Positions 1 through 9,335 of a stretch of 64,000 nucleotides of DNA are shown here, piece by piece (position 1 is the stretch's first letter; every line of letters begins with the position of its first letter). Made by a program: the position numbers and the translations under genes. The stretch lies in assembly GCA_963822965.1 (NCBI GenBank), contig CAWGJT010000006.1, forward strand, positions 352,001-416,000, given 5' to 3'. Source of the DNA: an uncultured delta proteobacterium. GTDB lineage: Bacteria; Myxococcota_A; UBA9160; UBA4427. Under the pieces are notes generated by a model. The model searched no databases. It saw only the letters and a list, made by a program, of their open reading frames with translations, and was not told the DNA's origin.

Positions 1-1
1 C

Positions 2-160
2 GATCCCAACGCGCTGCTGCGCGAGGTCCGGCGACTGCTCGACTCCCGCTTCTCGATCCGCCACTCGACGATCCAGATCGAGCTCGAGGACGGCGACGAG
101 GCGGACTGCCAGGGCGCCTGCGACCCGCCGATCATCCCCGGGAGCCCCGTCGCCTCCTGA
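2..160 (+). CDS. 3' end of cation diffusion facilitator (CzcD/ZitB-like) transporter, partial
   Basis: Frame 2 reads DPNALLREVRRLLDSRFSIRHSTIQIE...*, matching the CDF C-terminal F-x-I-x-H-x-T-I-Q-x-E motif; TGA at 158-160. Confidence 0.7.
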   Translation, partial: DPNALLREVRRLLDSRFSIRHSTIQIELEDGDEADCQGACDPPIIPGSPVAS

Positions 161-264
161 GCTCCCGGAACCGGCTCCCGCCGGCATGCGCACCCGCGGG
201 GGCCGGGTGGTGCGGGGCTCGCGGCTTGCGAGCCGCCCGGCTGACGTTATCGTCATCGACTGAC

Positions 265-879
265 ATGTCCGTCACCCAGGTCGGATCGCCCGAAGAACGC
301 CGCACTGCGGGCGCCCGCAGCCGGGAGGCCACGCGCGGCCGGCTGCTCACCAGTGGCGCGCACCTCTTCGCCGAGCGGGGGCTCAACGGCGTCACCACCC
401 ACGACATCGCGCGGGAGGCCGGCGTGGCCGCGGGGACCTTCTACCTGCACTTCCCCGACAAGACCGCGCTCTTCCGCGAGATCGCCGTGGACACCGAGGA
501 GCGGCTGCGGCTGCACGTCGAGGAGGCCACCGGCGAGGCGCCCGATCTCCGGGGTGGGGTCCGCGCCCGGGTCGAGGCCCTCGTCGACTTCACGTCCGAG
601 AACCGCGAGGTGATGCGCATCCTGTTCGGCGCCGATGCCGGTGCCGCAGGCTCCGCGCTGCTCGACTCGTTCTCGCGCTCCATCGCCTCGGGGCGGCGCG
701 CCGCGATCGAGACCGGCGAGATGCCCCGGGAGATCGACGCCGCCGTGCTGTCCCAGGCCCTGGTGGGCATGCTGAGCCGCGTGCTGCTGTGGTGGATCGA
801 CGATCCGGCGCCCGTCTCGCGCGAGACCCTGATCGAGACCCTGACCCGCATCCAGCTCTCCGGGACCCATCCCGCCTAG
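265..879 (+). CDS. TetR/AcrR family transcriptional regulator
   Basis: HTH LFAERGLNGVTTHDIAREAGVAAGTFYLHFPDK; ATG at 265 preferred over the track's 226 start. Confidence 0.9.
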   Translation: MSVTQVGSPEERRTAGARSREATRGRLLTSGAHLFAERGLNGVTTHDIAREAGVAAGTFYLHFPDKTALFREIAVDTEERLRLHVEEATGEAPDLRGGVRARVEALVDFTSENREVMRILFGADAGAAGSALLDSFSRSIASGRRAAIETGEMPREIDAAVLSQALVGMLSRVLLWWIDDPAPVSRETLIETLTRIQLSGTHPA

Positions 880-945
880 AGCGCACGAGAGGATCTTCCC
901 GTCCCCGGCCCGACCGCGGACGGGAGCCAGAGGAGAGAGACCGAA

Positions 946-2061
946 ATGGACCGCGACATCACGTACGACTCCGCCTACAACACCGTCGACCGCGACGACT
1001 TCGACGCCCTCATCGAGGTCGATCGATACGCCGATCGAAGCGACGCCTTCGACTCGATCATCTCGGCCACGGTCGATCACTTCTGGGATCCCCAGGATCC
1101 GCGCTACGTCGACTACCACCTGGACTTCGACCTCGCGCAGGACACCATCATGCCGCGCGAGTTCGCGCCCGAGCTGCACTCGGCCGTCGCCGACCGTCTG
1201 ACCGAGCCCCAGAAGATCCGCCTCGCGAACCAGAACACGCGCTTCATCCTGTCGAGCATCCTGCACGGCGAGCAGGGCGCCATGTCCCTGTCCGCGAGCC
1301 TGTGCCAGATCATGAAGGACCCGGGGGCGCAGGAGTACGCGGCCAACCAGACGCGCGAGGAGGCTCGTCACGTGGCGGCCTACACGAAGTACGTGCAGGC
1401 GCGCTGGGGTACGCCGCTGGCGGTCGGCCCCACCCTGCGCGGTCTGATGAACGAGATCGTGATCTCGCCCCACGTCTACAAGAAGCTCGTCGGCATGCAG
1501 ATGCTGATCGAGGGCCTCGCCATGGGAGCCTTCGCGACGATCTTCCGGGAGACCCGCGACCCGCTGCTGCGCCGGGTCACCCAGCTCGTCATGAGCGACG
1601 AGGCCTTCCACCACAAGTTCGGCAAGATCTGGGCGGACAAGACGGTGCCGAAGCTCACCGAGGAGGAGCACGTCGAGGTCGAGGACTGGGCCGCCCGCTG
1701 CTTCACCCACCTGCTCGACAACCTCGTCAACTCCGAGCAGAAGCAGGAGATCTACAAGGAGTTCGACCTCGACTGGCAGTGGGTCCGCAGCGCCGTCATG
1801 GAGGCGTTCGGTGACCGCGACCGCCGAGAGGACATGCAGAACAGCACGAACATCTTCCGCGTGCTGATCAAGACGCTCCTCAAGGCGGGCATCATCACCG
1901 ACCGCACCAAGTCCGTCTACTCGACCTGGGTCGACATGGAGGAGCTGAAGCTCGAGGACGACGCCGTCGTGGGAACCGACCTGGCCGAGGCCACCGTCGA
2001 CGAGCTGCGGGAGATCAACAAGGGCCGCCAGAAGATGGTCCGCATGCTTCGCATCAACTGA
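946..2061 (+). CDS. Ferritin-like diiron protein (AurF-like N-oxygenase family)
   Basis: HGEQGA, EEARH, LIEG and DEAFHH diiron ligand motifs; AGGAG RBS upstream. Confidence 0.8.
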   Translation: MDRDITYDSAYNTVDRDDFDALIEVDRYADRSDAFDSIISATVDHFWDPQDPRYVDYHLDFDLAQDTIMPREFAPELHSAVADRLTEPQKIRLANQNTRFILSSILHGEQGAMSLSASLCQIMKDPGAQEYAANQTREEARHVAAYTKYVQARWGTPLAVGPTLRGLMNEIVISPHVYKKLVGMQMLIEGLAMGAFATIFRETRDPLLRRVTQLVMSDEAFHHKFGKIWADKTVPKLTEEEHVEVEDWAARCFTHLLDNLVNSEQKQEIYKEFDLDWQWVRSAVMEAFGDRDRREDMQNSTNIFRVLIKTLLKAGIITDRTKSVYSTWVDMEELKLEDDAVVGTDLAEATVDELREINKGRQKMVRMLRIN

Positions 2062-2115
2062 CGTCCGCGCGGGGGGCGGCCGTGCCGCTCCCCGCGAATC
2101 CCCTACCCTGCCGCC

Positions 2116-3204
2116 ATGACGTCCTCCCTGCCGTCCCTGCTCGCATGCGCCGCGCGCGGCCCGCACCCCGTCGGCGTGACCTCCCTCGAGCTCGCCGACG
2201 CCGAGCGGCCGGGTCGCAGCCTCGCGACGGACGTCTGGTACCCGGCAAGGCCCGAAGGCTACGCGGACCACCGGCTGGCGGATCACCCGATCGGGGCGCC
2301 CCATGAGGCCCGGACCGACGCGCCGCCCGCGGCCGGCCTGGGTCCGCTGCCGCTGGTTGCGTTCTCCCACGGCAACTCGGGGCTGCGGCGACAGTCGACG
2401 TTCCTCACGAGCCACCTCGCGAGCTGGGGCCTGGTGGTGACCGCACCGGACCACGCCGGCAATACCTTTTTCGAGATGGTCGGCATCACCAGCGAGGAGG
2501 AGCGCGTCCGCGTCCACCGGCAGGCCCGGACCGACCGGCCACGCGACCTCGGCGCGGCGATCGACGCCGTCGCGAGCCCGGGCCCGGGCCCCACCCGCTG
2601 GCCGCAGGTGGACGCCTCCCGCGTCGGGGTGCTCGGGCACTCCTTCGGCGGCTGGACGGCCCTGAAGATGCCCGCCCGGGACCCGCGGGTGCGCGCCGTG
2701 TGTGGGCTGGCGCCGGCGAGCGAGGCGTTCGTGGGACGCCGGGCCTTCGAGCCCGGCGAGCTGCCGTTTCCGAACGCCCTGCCGACCCTGGTGATCGCCG
2801 CCCTCGAGGACGTGCTGGTGGACGTCGACACCAGTATCCGACCGCTCTTCGCGCGCCTGGGCGCCCCGAGCCTGCTGGTCGGTCTGCGCGACACGGACCA
2901 CTTCCACTTCTGCGACCATCTCGAGCTGCTGCACGGCCTGCACGAGCGGAACGGGAAGCGCCCGAAGCAGACGCGCGGCACGCGGTCCTACCCCGAGCTT
3001 CTCGCCGAGGCGCGCACCCACCGCGCTCTGCGCGCCCTGGTGACGCTCTTCTTCGTCGGCAGCCTCGGCGGCTCCGGTCTCGCGCGCCTCGACGGATCCG
3101 ACCTCGCGCACCTCGACGGCTCCGGTCTCGCGCGCCTCGATGATCATCTCGAGCTGCTGGAGGCGCGGCTCGACGCTTCGCCTTCGGCCCGGGTCGCGTC
3201 GTGA
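2116..3204 (+). CDS. Alpha/beta hydrolase (dienelactone hydrolase/PAF-AH-like)
   Basis: FSHG oxyanion motif, APDHAG, nucleophile GHSFGG, later D and H candidates. Confidence 0.85.
   Translation: MTSSLPSLLACAARGPHPVGVTSLELADAERPGRSLATDVWYPARPEGYADHRLADHPIGAPHEARTDAPPAAGLGPLPLVAFSHGNSGLRRQSTFLTSHLASWGLVVTAPDHAGNTFFEMVGITSEEERVRVHRQARTDRPRDLGAAIDAVASPGPGPTRWPQVDASRVGVLGHSFGGWTALKMPARDPRVRAVCGLAPASEAFVGRRAFEPGELPFPNALPTLVIAALEDVLVDVDTSIRPLFARLGAPSLLVGLRDTDHFHFCDHLELLHGLHERNGKRPKQTRGTRSYPELLAEARTHRALRALVTLFFVGSLGGSGLARLDGSDLAHLDGSGLARLDDHLELLEARLDASPSARVAS
3070..3141 (+). repeat. In-frame 24-bp tandem repeat x3 (GSGLARLD/GSDLAHLD/GSGLARLD)
   Basis: Units at 3070, 3094 and 3118; units 1 and 3 nearly identical. 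Confidence 0.85.
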
Positions 3205-4082
3205 CGGCCGCCGCCGACCTGCACGGCAAGCGCTGCGTGATCACCGGCGCGACCTCGGGCATCGGCCAGGCCACGGCGATCGCCCTGGCCCGCGCCGGGG
3301 CCGACCTCTCCCTCGTCTGCCGCAGCCGCGAGCGCGGCGAGGCCACCCGCGCGCGCATCCACGCGGCGGCACCCGAGGCCGCCGTCGATCTCGTGATCGC
3401 CGACCTCTCGTCCCAGGACGAGGTGCGCCGCGCGGCTGCCGAGCTGCTGGACGACCCGCGGCCGATCCACGTGCTGCTCAACAACGCCGGGGTGGTGAAC
3501 CTGCGCCACTCGACCACCGTCGACGGCATCGAGACCACCTTCGCGGTGAACCACCTGGCGTACTTCCTGCTCACCCTCCTGCTGCTCGACCGGTTGCGCG
3601 CGACCCCCGGCGCCCGCATCGTCAACGTCGCCTCGGACGCCCACAAGTTCAGCCGCATGGACTTCGACGACCTGGGCCGCGAGAAGGACTTCCGCTGGAT
3701 GCGCGTCTACGGCCAGTCGAAGCTCGCGAACATCCTCTTCACCCGAGAGCTGGCCCGGCGCCTCGAGGGAGAAGACGTGACCGTCAACGCGCTGCACCCG
3801 GGCGGCGTCTCCACCGGCCTGGGCGCCAACAACGGCACCCTGCTCCACCGGGTGGCGATGACCCTGGCGCGGCCCTTCCTGAAGAGTCCCGAGTCCGGGG
3901 CGCGCACGTCGATCCACCTGGCCACGTCGCCCGCTGTGGCCGACGTGAGCGGCGCCTACTTCGCCAGCTGCAAGCAGACCCCCGGCAGCCGGGAGTCCCG
4001 CGATCCCGAGGTCGCCCGACGCCTGTGGGAGGTGAGCGAGCGCATGACGGGCCTTGCGGCCGCACCGGGAGACGAGCGGTGA
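3201..4082 (+). CDS. Short-chain dehydrogenase/reductase (retinol dehydrogenase-like)
   Basis: TGATSGIG, NNAG, YGQSK; GTGA overlap with the upstream gene. Confidence 0.92.
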   Translation: MTAAADLHGKRCVITGATSGIGQATAIALARAGADLSLVCRSRERGEATRARIHAAAPEAAVDLVIADLSSQDEVRRAAAELLDDPRPIHVLLNNAGVVNLRHSTTVDGIETTFAVNHLAYFLLTLLLLDRLRATPGARIVNVASDAHKFSRMDFDDLGREKDFRWMRVYGQSKLANILFTRELARRLEGEDVTVNALHPGGVSTGLGANNGTLLHRVAMTLARPFLKSPESGARTSIHLATSPAVADVSGAYFASCKQTPGSRESRDPEVARRLWEVSERMTGLAAAPGDER

Positions 4083-4966
4083 CCCGGGAGAGCCTCCGCT
4101 TCCCGGTGGGCGAGGAGATGACCCTGGTGGGCGACGCGGTCGGCCCCCGCAACGGCCCGCCCGTGGTGCTGCTGCACGGCGGCGGCCAGACCCGTCACTC
4201 CTGGCGCGAGACCGCCGACGCCCTGGCGCAGGCGGGCTTCTACGCGGTCAGCGTCGACCTGCGCGGACACGGAGACAGCGGCTGGTCGAAGGACGGCGAC
4301 TACACCCACGAGAGCTTCACCGCGGACGTCGTGCAGCTCGCCCGGTCGTTCGAGACCCCGCCCGTGCTGGTGGGAGCCTCCCTCGGCGGCATCTCCTCCC
4401 TGCTCGCGATCGGGCGAACCGCCGGGGAGCCGCGGCCCCTGGCCCGCGCCCTGGTGCTGGTGGACATCGCCACGCGCATGGAGCGCGACGGCGCCACGCG
4501 CATCATCTCGTTCATGGCGAGCCGGCCCGAGGGCTTCGCGAGCGTCGAGGAGGCGGCCGACGCCGTCGCGTCCTACAACCCGCACCGCCGCCGGCCCCGA
4601 AGTCTCGCCGGCCTGGCCCGGAATCTCCGCCGGCAACCCGACGGCCGCTATCGCTGGCACTGGGACCCCGCCTTCATCGAGGGCCGGCACGAGACGAGCG
4701 ACCGGATTCACGACCCGGATCTGCTGGAGCGCGCCGCGCGCCGGCTCACCGTGCCCACCCTCCTGGTGCGCGGCCGCCTGAGCGATCTGCTGAGCGCGGA
4801 GGGCGCCGAGGCGTTTCTCGAGCAGGTGCCCCATGCGCGCTTCGCGGACGTCTCCGGCGCCGGACACATGGTGGCCGGCGACCAGAACGACCTCTTCTCC
4901 CAGGCGGTCGTGAACTTCCTGCGCGAAGAGGTGCACCCCGAGGCGGAGCGCACCGGCCAGCCCTGA
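4079..4966 (+). CDS. Alpha/beta fold hydrolase
   Basis: LLHGGGQ, DLRGHGDS, GASLGG, GAGHMV; GTG at 4079 overlaps the SDR stop. Confidence 0.9.
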   Translation: MTRESLRFPVGEEMTLVGDAVGPRNGPPVVLLHGGGQTRHSWRETADALAQAGFYAVSVDLRGHGDSGWSKDGDYTHESFTADVVQLARSFETPPVLVGASLGGISSLLAIGRTAGEPRPLARALVLVDIATRMERDGATRIISFMASRPEGFASVEEAADAVASYNPHRRRPRSLAGLARNLRRQPDGRYRWHWDPAFIEGRHETSDRIHDPDLLERAARRLTVPTLLVRGRLSDLLSAEGAEAFLEQVPHARFADVSGAGHMVAGDQNDLFSQAVVNFLREEVHPEAERTGQP

Positions 4967-5382
4967 TCCGTCACGCGGATCCGGGCGCAGCTCCCAATGC
5001 CTGCCGAATCGCTGCGTCTTGCTCGGTCCGTGCCGCGGTCCGAGCCCGACGCCGGGACCTCATGGGAATGGGCTCGTCGCGCTCAGGCTGGTTCCGCCGT
5101 CCTCGCACGACCCGAGAGGGCTGGCACGATCTGCGGCACGCAGGAAGCGCACTGAATGACGCATTGGGGCAGCCCTGATCCGTCACGCGGATCCGGGCGC
5201 AGCTCCCAATGCCTGCCGAATCGCTGCGTCTTGCTCGGTCCGTGCCGCGGTCCGAGCCCGACGCCGGGACCTCATGGGAATGGGCTCGTCGCGCTCAGGC
5301 TGGTTTCGCCGTCCTCGCACGACCCGAGAGGGCTGGCACGATCTGCGGCACGCAGGAAGCGCAATGAATGACGCATTGGGGC
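4958..5382. repeat. Tandem duplication of a 212-bp structured intergenic element (2 copies)
   Basis: Copies start at 4958 and 5170 and differ at 2 positions I could see; each has CCCAATGC...GCATTGGG inverted ends and internal hairpins. Confidence 0.92.
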
Positions 5383-5419
5383 TGGGAGCGCGACCAGGAC
5401 GGACTCCCGGTTCGGCCCG

Positions 5420-6709
5420 CTAGCGGGCCTCGGCGCGGAGCGGGTGCGGGTGACCGAAGAGCCAGCCCTGGCCGTAGTCGATCCCGAGCTGCTTCAGGGT
5501 CTCGAACTCTTCCAGGGTGTCGAGGCCTTCGCCGATGATCCTCGCGCCGGTCTTCTCGGCCACCGTGCACAGGGCGCGCAGCACGTCCTGGCGGACCACG
5601 TCCTCGTCGACGCCGCTCACGAAGGTGCGGTCGACCTTGATGTACTCCGGCGAGATCTCGAGCAGCGCCTCGAGCCCCGCGTATCCCGAGCCCGTGTCGT
5701 CGAGGGCGAACGAGAAGCCGAGCTTGCGGTAGTAGTCGCGCATCTCCCGGAAGGCCTCGAAGTCGCGGATCGACTCCTGCTCGGACACCTCGAAGACCAC
5801 GTCCTGGGGCGTGAGCCGACACTCCGCGAGGGTCCGGATCAGGCGATCGGAGCGGAAGCTCGGATCGTGGATCGCGCTGGGCAGCACGTTCAGGAAGAGC
5901 TTGCTGCCGTCGGGGAAGTCGATGGCGCCGGCGATCGCGCTGGCCCGACAGAGGCAGTCGAGCTCGTAGACGAGCCCCTGGCGCTCCGCCTCCTGGAACA
6001 TGGCGATGGGCGCGTGAAACTCGGTGCCTTCGGGTCCGCGCGCCAGGGCCTCGTAGGCGAAGACCACCCGGGAATGCACGTCGACGATGGGCTCGTAGAC
6101 CGAGTGGATCCGGCGGTCGAGCAGCACCTCGTGGAAGCGCCGCCGGCGCTTGCGCGCCGCGACCTGGACGTTGAGCCGCACGTCCTCGCGCGCCTCCTCC
6201 ACCACCTGGCGCAGCTGGGTCTGGACGCTGAGCTTCGGATTGCGCAGCACGACCGCGTAGCCCATCGGGACCGTGGGGGCCTTCTTGACGTGCGGATAGA
6301 AGAGCTTCGCCCCCTCGCGCTCGAGCTTGCGGGCCACCACCTGATCGAAGCCCGGAATCTCCTGCCGGTAGAAGCGCGCGTCATGGTGCTCGCGGAAGAG
6401 CACCACCATCATCTCGTTGCGGCCCGATTCGCCGCTCAGCACCAGGTCGCAGTCCGCCAGGCGCTCGGCCGCCACCGACCGCAGCAGGTTCGCGAAGTTC
6501 ACCTCCGCCTCGAGACGCGCCGCGTGACCGCGGGTGCGCTCGATGCGCTCGAGCAGCGGCATGTCGAAGACCATCACGGCCAGGGCCGTGCCCGCGGCGA
6601 AGCGGTCGGCGATCGCGTCCACGGAGGATCCGAGATCGGCGACGTCCGGGCGTGCGACGAACGGCAGAGGCCGGGCGGCCTCGCGAACGGGTGACTCGTG
6701 ACCCCTCAT
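5420..6709 (-). CDS. EAL-domain c-di-GMP phosphodiesterase with degenerate GGDEF-like N-terminal domain
   Basis: YEALAR, LFLNV, FEVSE, ALDDTGSGY, YIKVD, GEG, GQGW motifs; start uncertain (6709-6727). Confidence 0.88.
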   Translation of the reverse strand: MRGHESPVREAARPLPFVARPDVADLGSSVDAIADRFAAGTALAVMVFDMPLLERIERTRGHAARLEAEVNFANLLRSVAAERLADCDLVLSGESGRNEMMVVLFREHHDARFYRQEIPGFDQVVARKLEREGAKLFYPHVKKAPTVPMGYAVVLRNPKLSVQTQLRQVVEEAREDVRLNVQVAARKRRRRFHEVLLDRRIHSVYEPIVDVHSRVVFAYEALARGPEGTEFHAPIAMFQEAERQGLVYELDCLCRASAIAGAIDFPDGSKLFLNVLPSAIHDPSFRSDRLIRTLAECRLTPQDVVFEVSEQESIRDFEAFREMRDYYRKLGFSFALDDTGSGYAGLEALLEISPEYIKVDRTFVSGVDEDVVRQDVLRALCTVAEKTGARIIGEGLDTLEEFETLKQLGIDYGQGWLFGHPHPLRAEAR

Positions 6710-6908
6710 CCCTGTCGCCATCGGCACGCCGCGATGCTTCGTTGAGCCCCCCGAAGGGGGTGCCGCCGGGACGTGCAGGGCGCCGGCAACTTCGCCGGCG
6801 AGGCTCGGCCGACGACCGGGTCTCGGTTATGCTGGCGACCTCTTCCGGACCGCGATCCATCCTTCGACCCATCCCGTTCCTCGAGCCCCCGAACCGCCAG
6901 GAGTCCCC

Positions 6909-7739
6909 GTGTCCGAACGAGTCCGTGTCACGATCCAGGACGGCGTCGCCGACGTCCGTCTGAACCGCCCCGACAAGATGAACGCCCTGGACGACGCCAT
7001 GTTCCGGGCGATCGCGGAGACCGGCGGCCGGCTGCGCGAAGACCGCAGCCTGCGCGCCGTGGTGCTCTCCGGGGAGGGCCGCGGCTTCTGCGCCGGTCTG
7101 GACTTCTCGAGCTTCGGCGCCATGGCGGGCGGCGGCGCCCAGGCCGGGGAGCCGCCGCAGGAGGATCGCGCGGCCCGCGGGCTGCTGACGCCCACCGACG
7201 GCCCCGGCAACCGCGCGCAGTACGCGTCCTGGGTGTGGCAGGAGATCCCGGTGCCCGTGATCGCCGCCGTGCACGGCGTCGCCTTCGGCGGCGGCCTGCA
7301 GATCGCGCTCGGCGCCGACATCCGCATCCTGGCCCCCGACGCGCGTCTCTCGGTGATGGAGATCAAGTGGGGGCTCGTGCCCGACATGGCCGGCAGCCAG
7401 ACCCTGCGTCACCTGGTCCGGCTCGACGTCGCGAAGGAGCTCACCTTCACCGGGCGGATCGTCTCCGGCGGCGAGGCGGTGCAGCTCGGCCTGGGCACCC
7501 AGCTCTCGGACACCCCGCTCGAGGCCGCCCTGGAGATGGCGCGCGAGATCGCGAGCAAGTCCCCGGACGCCGTCCGGGCCTCCAAGCGGCTGCTCAACGA
7601 GACGCGGCTTCTCGGCCTCGAAGAGGGTCTCGGCCTCGAGGAGTCCCTCCAACGCGGCCTGATCGGCGGCCGGAACCAGGTGGAGGCGGTGAAGGCCAAC
7701 CTCCAGAAGCGCCAGCCGGACTTCGACGACCCGGCCTGA
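6909..7739 (+). CDS. Enoyl-CoA hydratase/isomerase family protein
   Basis: LNRPDKMNAL, FCAGLD, AVHGVAFGGG, EIKWGLVPD. Confidence 0.92.
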   Translation: MSERVRVTIQDGVADVRLNRPDKMNALDDAMFRAIAETGGRLREDRSLRAVVLSGEGRGFCAGLDFSSFGAMAGGGAQAGEPPQEDRAARGLLTPTDGPGNRAQYASWVWQEIPVPVIAAVHGVAFGGGLQIALGADIRILAPDARLSVMEIKWGLVPDMAGSQTLRHLVRLDVAKELTFTGRIVSGGEAVQLGLGTQLSDTPLEAALEMAREIASKSPDAVRASKRLLNETRLLGLEEGLGLEESLQRGLIGGRNQVEAVKANLQKRQPDFDDPA

Positions 7740-7740
7740 A

Positions 7741-8607
7741 TCAGGGCACGCCGGACGATGCGGCGGACCCCGCCGGCTTCGCGCTGGGGGTGAAGAGCGG
7801 CTGGCCGCCCACCCGCAGCGAGCCGATCGCCGCTTGCCCTTCGGCGGAGAGCAGCCAGTCGATGAACGCCTGACCGGCGCGCACCTTCACGTGGGGATGC
7901 TTCTCGGGGCTCACGAGAATGACCCCGTAGTGGTTCCAGAGGCGCGGGTCGCCTTCGACGAGCACCACGAGATCGCCGCGGTTGCCGAAGGCGAGCCAGG
8001 TTCCGCGGTCCGTGAGCGTGTAGGCGTTCATTCCCGACGCCACGTTCAGGGTGGCGCCCATCCCCGAGCCGGTCTCGCGGTACCAGCTGCCCGAAGCCGG
8101 ATGTGGATCGACGCCCGCCTGCTTCCACAGGCGCAGCTCCGCCTTGTGGGTGCCCGAATCGTCGCCCCGGGAGACGAAGGGCGCCCGGGCCTTCGCGATC
8201 CGGGCGAGCGCGGCAGCCGCGTCGCCCCCCCCGCGAATGCCCGCCGGGTCGTCCTTCGGTCCCACGAGCACGAAGTCGTTGTACATCACCTCGAAGCGCT
8301 CCACCCCGAAGCCGTCGGCGACGAAGGCCTCCTCCGAAGCGCGATCGTGGACGAAGACCACGTCGGCGTCCCCGCGGCGCGCGAGTCGCAGGGCCTGTCC
8401 CGTCCCCACGGCCACCACGTGCACGGCGATGCCCGTCTTCTTCGTGAAGAGCGGCAGGATGTGCTCGAAGAGCCCGCTGTTCTGCGTCGACGTGGTCGAG
8501 ACCACGACGATCGTCTCGGGCTCGTCCGCCCGCGCGGGTGCGATCGGCGTTCCGAGGAACACCCCCGCCGTCAGGGCGAGCGCGACGCTTCGCTTCAACC
8601 GGTCCAT
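7741..8607 (-). CDS. tupA: Tungstate ABC transporter substrate-binding protein
   Basis: Signal peptide; STTSTQNSGL, VGTGQAL, MYNDFVLVGP, SRGDDSGTH, TLTDRGT motifs typical of TupA. Confidence 0.88.
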   Translation of the reverse strand: MDRLKRSVALALTAGVFLGTPIAPARADEPETIVVVSTTSTQNSGLFEHILPLFTKKTGIAVHVVAVGTGQALRLARRGDADVVFVHDRASEEAFVADGFGVERFEVMYNDFVLVGPKDDPAGIRGGGDAAAALARIAKARAPFVSRGDDSGTHKAELRLWKQAGVDPHPASGSWYRETGSGMGATLNVASGMNAYTLTDRGTWLAFGNRGDLVVLVEGDPRLWNHYGVILVSPEKHPHVKVRAGQAFIDWLLSAEGQAAIGSLRVGGQPLFTPSAKPAGSAASSGVP

Positions 8608-9335
8608 GGCAGCTCTCCTCGCAGGAAGGAGCGCGCCTCGGCGCTCGCAGGAGATTCGAAGAACGACGCCGCCGGCGCCCGCTCCAGCAGGCGCCCGGCG
8701 TACAGGAAGAGCACCTCGTCGGCGACACGACGCGCCTGGCCCAGGTCGTGGGTGGTCATCACCACCTTCGTGCCCGCACGGGCGATCGCCGCGATCAGCG
8801 CCTCGACGGCGCGGGTGGCCGACGGATCGAGGGACGCCGTGGGCTCATCGAGGAACAGCACCTCGGGCTCGAGCGCCCACGCGCGGGCGAGCGCGAGCCG
8901 CTGCTGCTCGCCGGCAGAGAGCACCCGGGCCGGACGATCGGCCAGGTCGGCGAGCCCGGTGCGGGCGAGCACGGCCGCCACGCGCTCCGCGCGCTCGCGC
9001 CGGGGCACGCCGGCCACCGCCAGCGCCCAGGTGACGTTCGCCGCCGCGGAGCGCCGCAGCAGGACCGGGCGTTCGAACACCATCGCCTGCCGCCGGCGCA
9101 CGCGGGGATCGCCCGCCGCGCCGCCCGCCCCGAGCCAGCGCACCCGACCGCCCGTAGGCGCCAGCAGGCCGTGGGCGATGCGCAGCAAGAGGCTCTTGCC
9201 GGCCCCGTTCGGCCCGAGCACGACCGTTCGCGATCCCGCTTCGAAGCACGCCGAGACGCCGTCCAGCAGCCGGCGACCGCGCGCCTCGAAGCGGAGCTCA
9301 TCCAGCTCGAGAGGCAGGATCGAGGCGGACGTCAC
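8595..9335 (-). CDS. tupC: Tungstate ABC transporter ATP-binding protein
   Basis: Walker A GPNGAGKS, LSAGEQQ signature, LFLDEPT, TTHD; GTG at 9335 overlaps the tupB stop. Confidence 0.85.
   Translation of the reverse strand: MTSASILPLELDELRFEARGRRLLDGVSACFEAGSRTVVLGPNGAGKSLLLRIAHGLLAPTGGRVRWLGAGGAAGDPRVRRRQAMVFERPVLLRRSAAANVTWALAVAGVPRRERAERVAAVLARTGLADLADRPARVLSAGEQQRLALARAWALEPEVLFLDEPTASLDPSATRAVEALIAAIARAGTKVVMTTHDLGQARRVADEVLFLYAGRLLERAPAASFFESPASAEARSFLRGELPWTG

Noticed and set aside
4958..5382. CRISPR array
   Set aside because: Two near-identical 212-bp units without unique spacers; no cas genes
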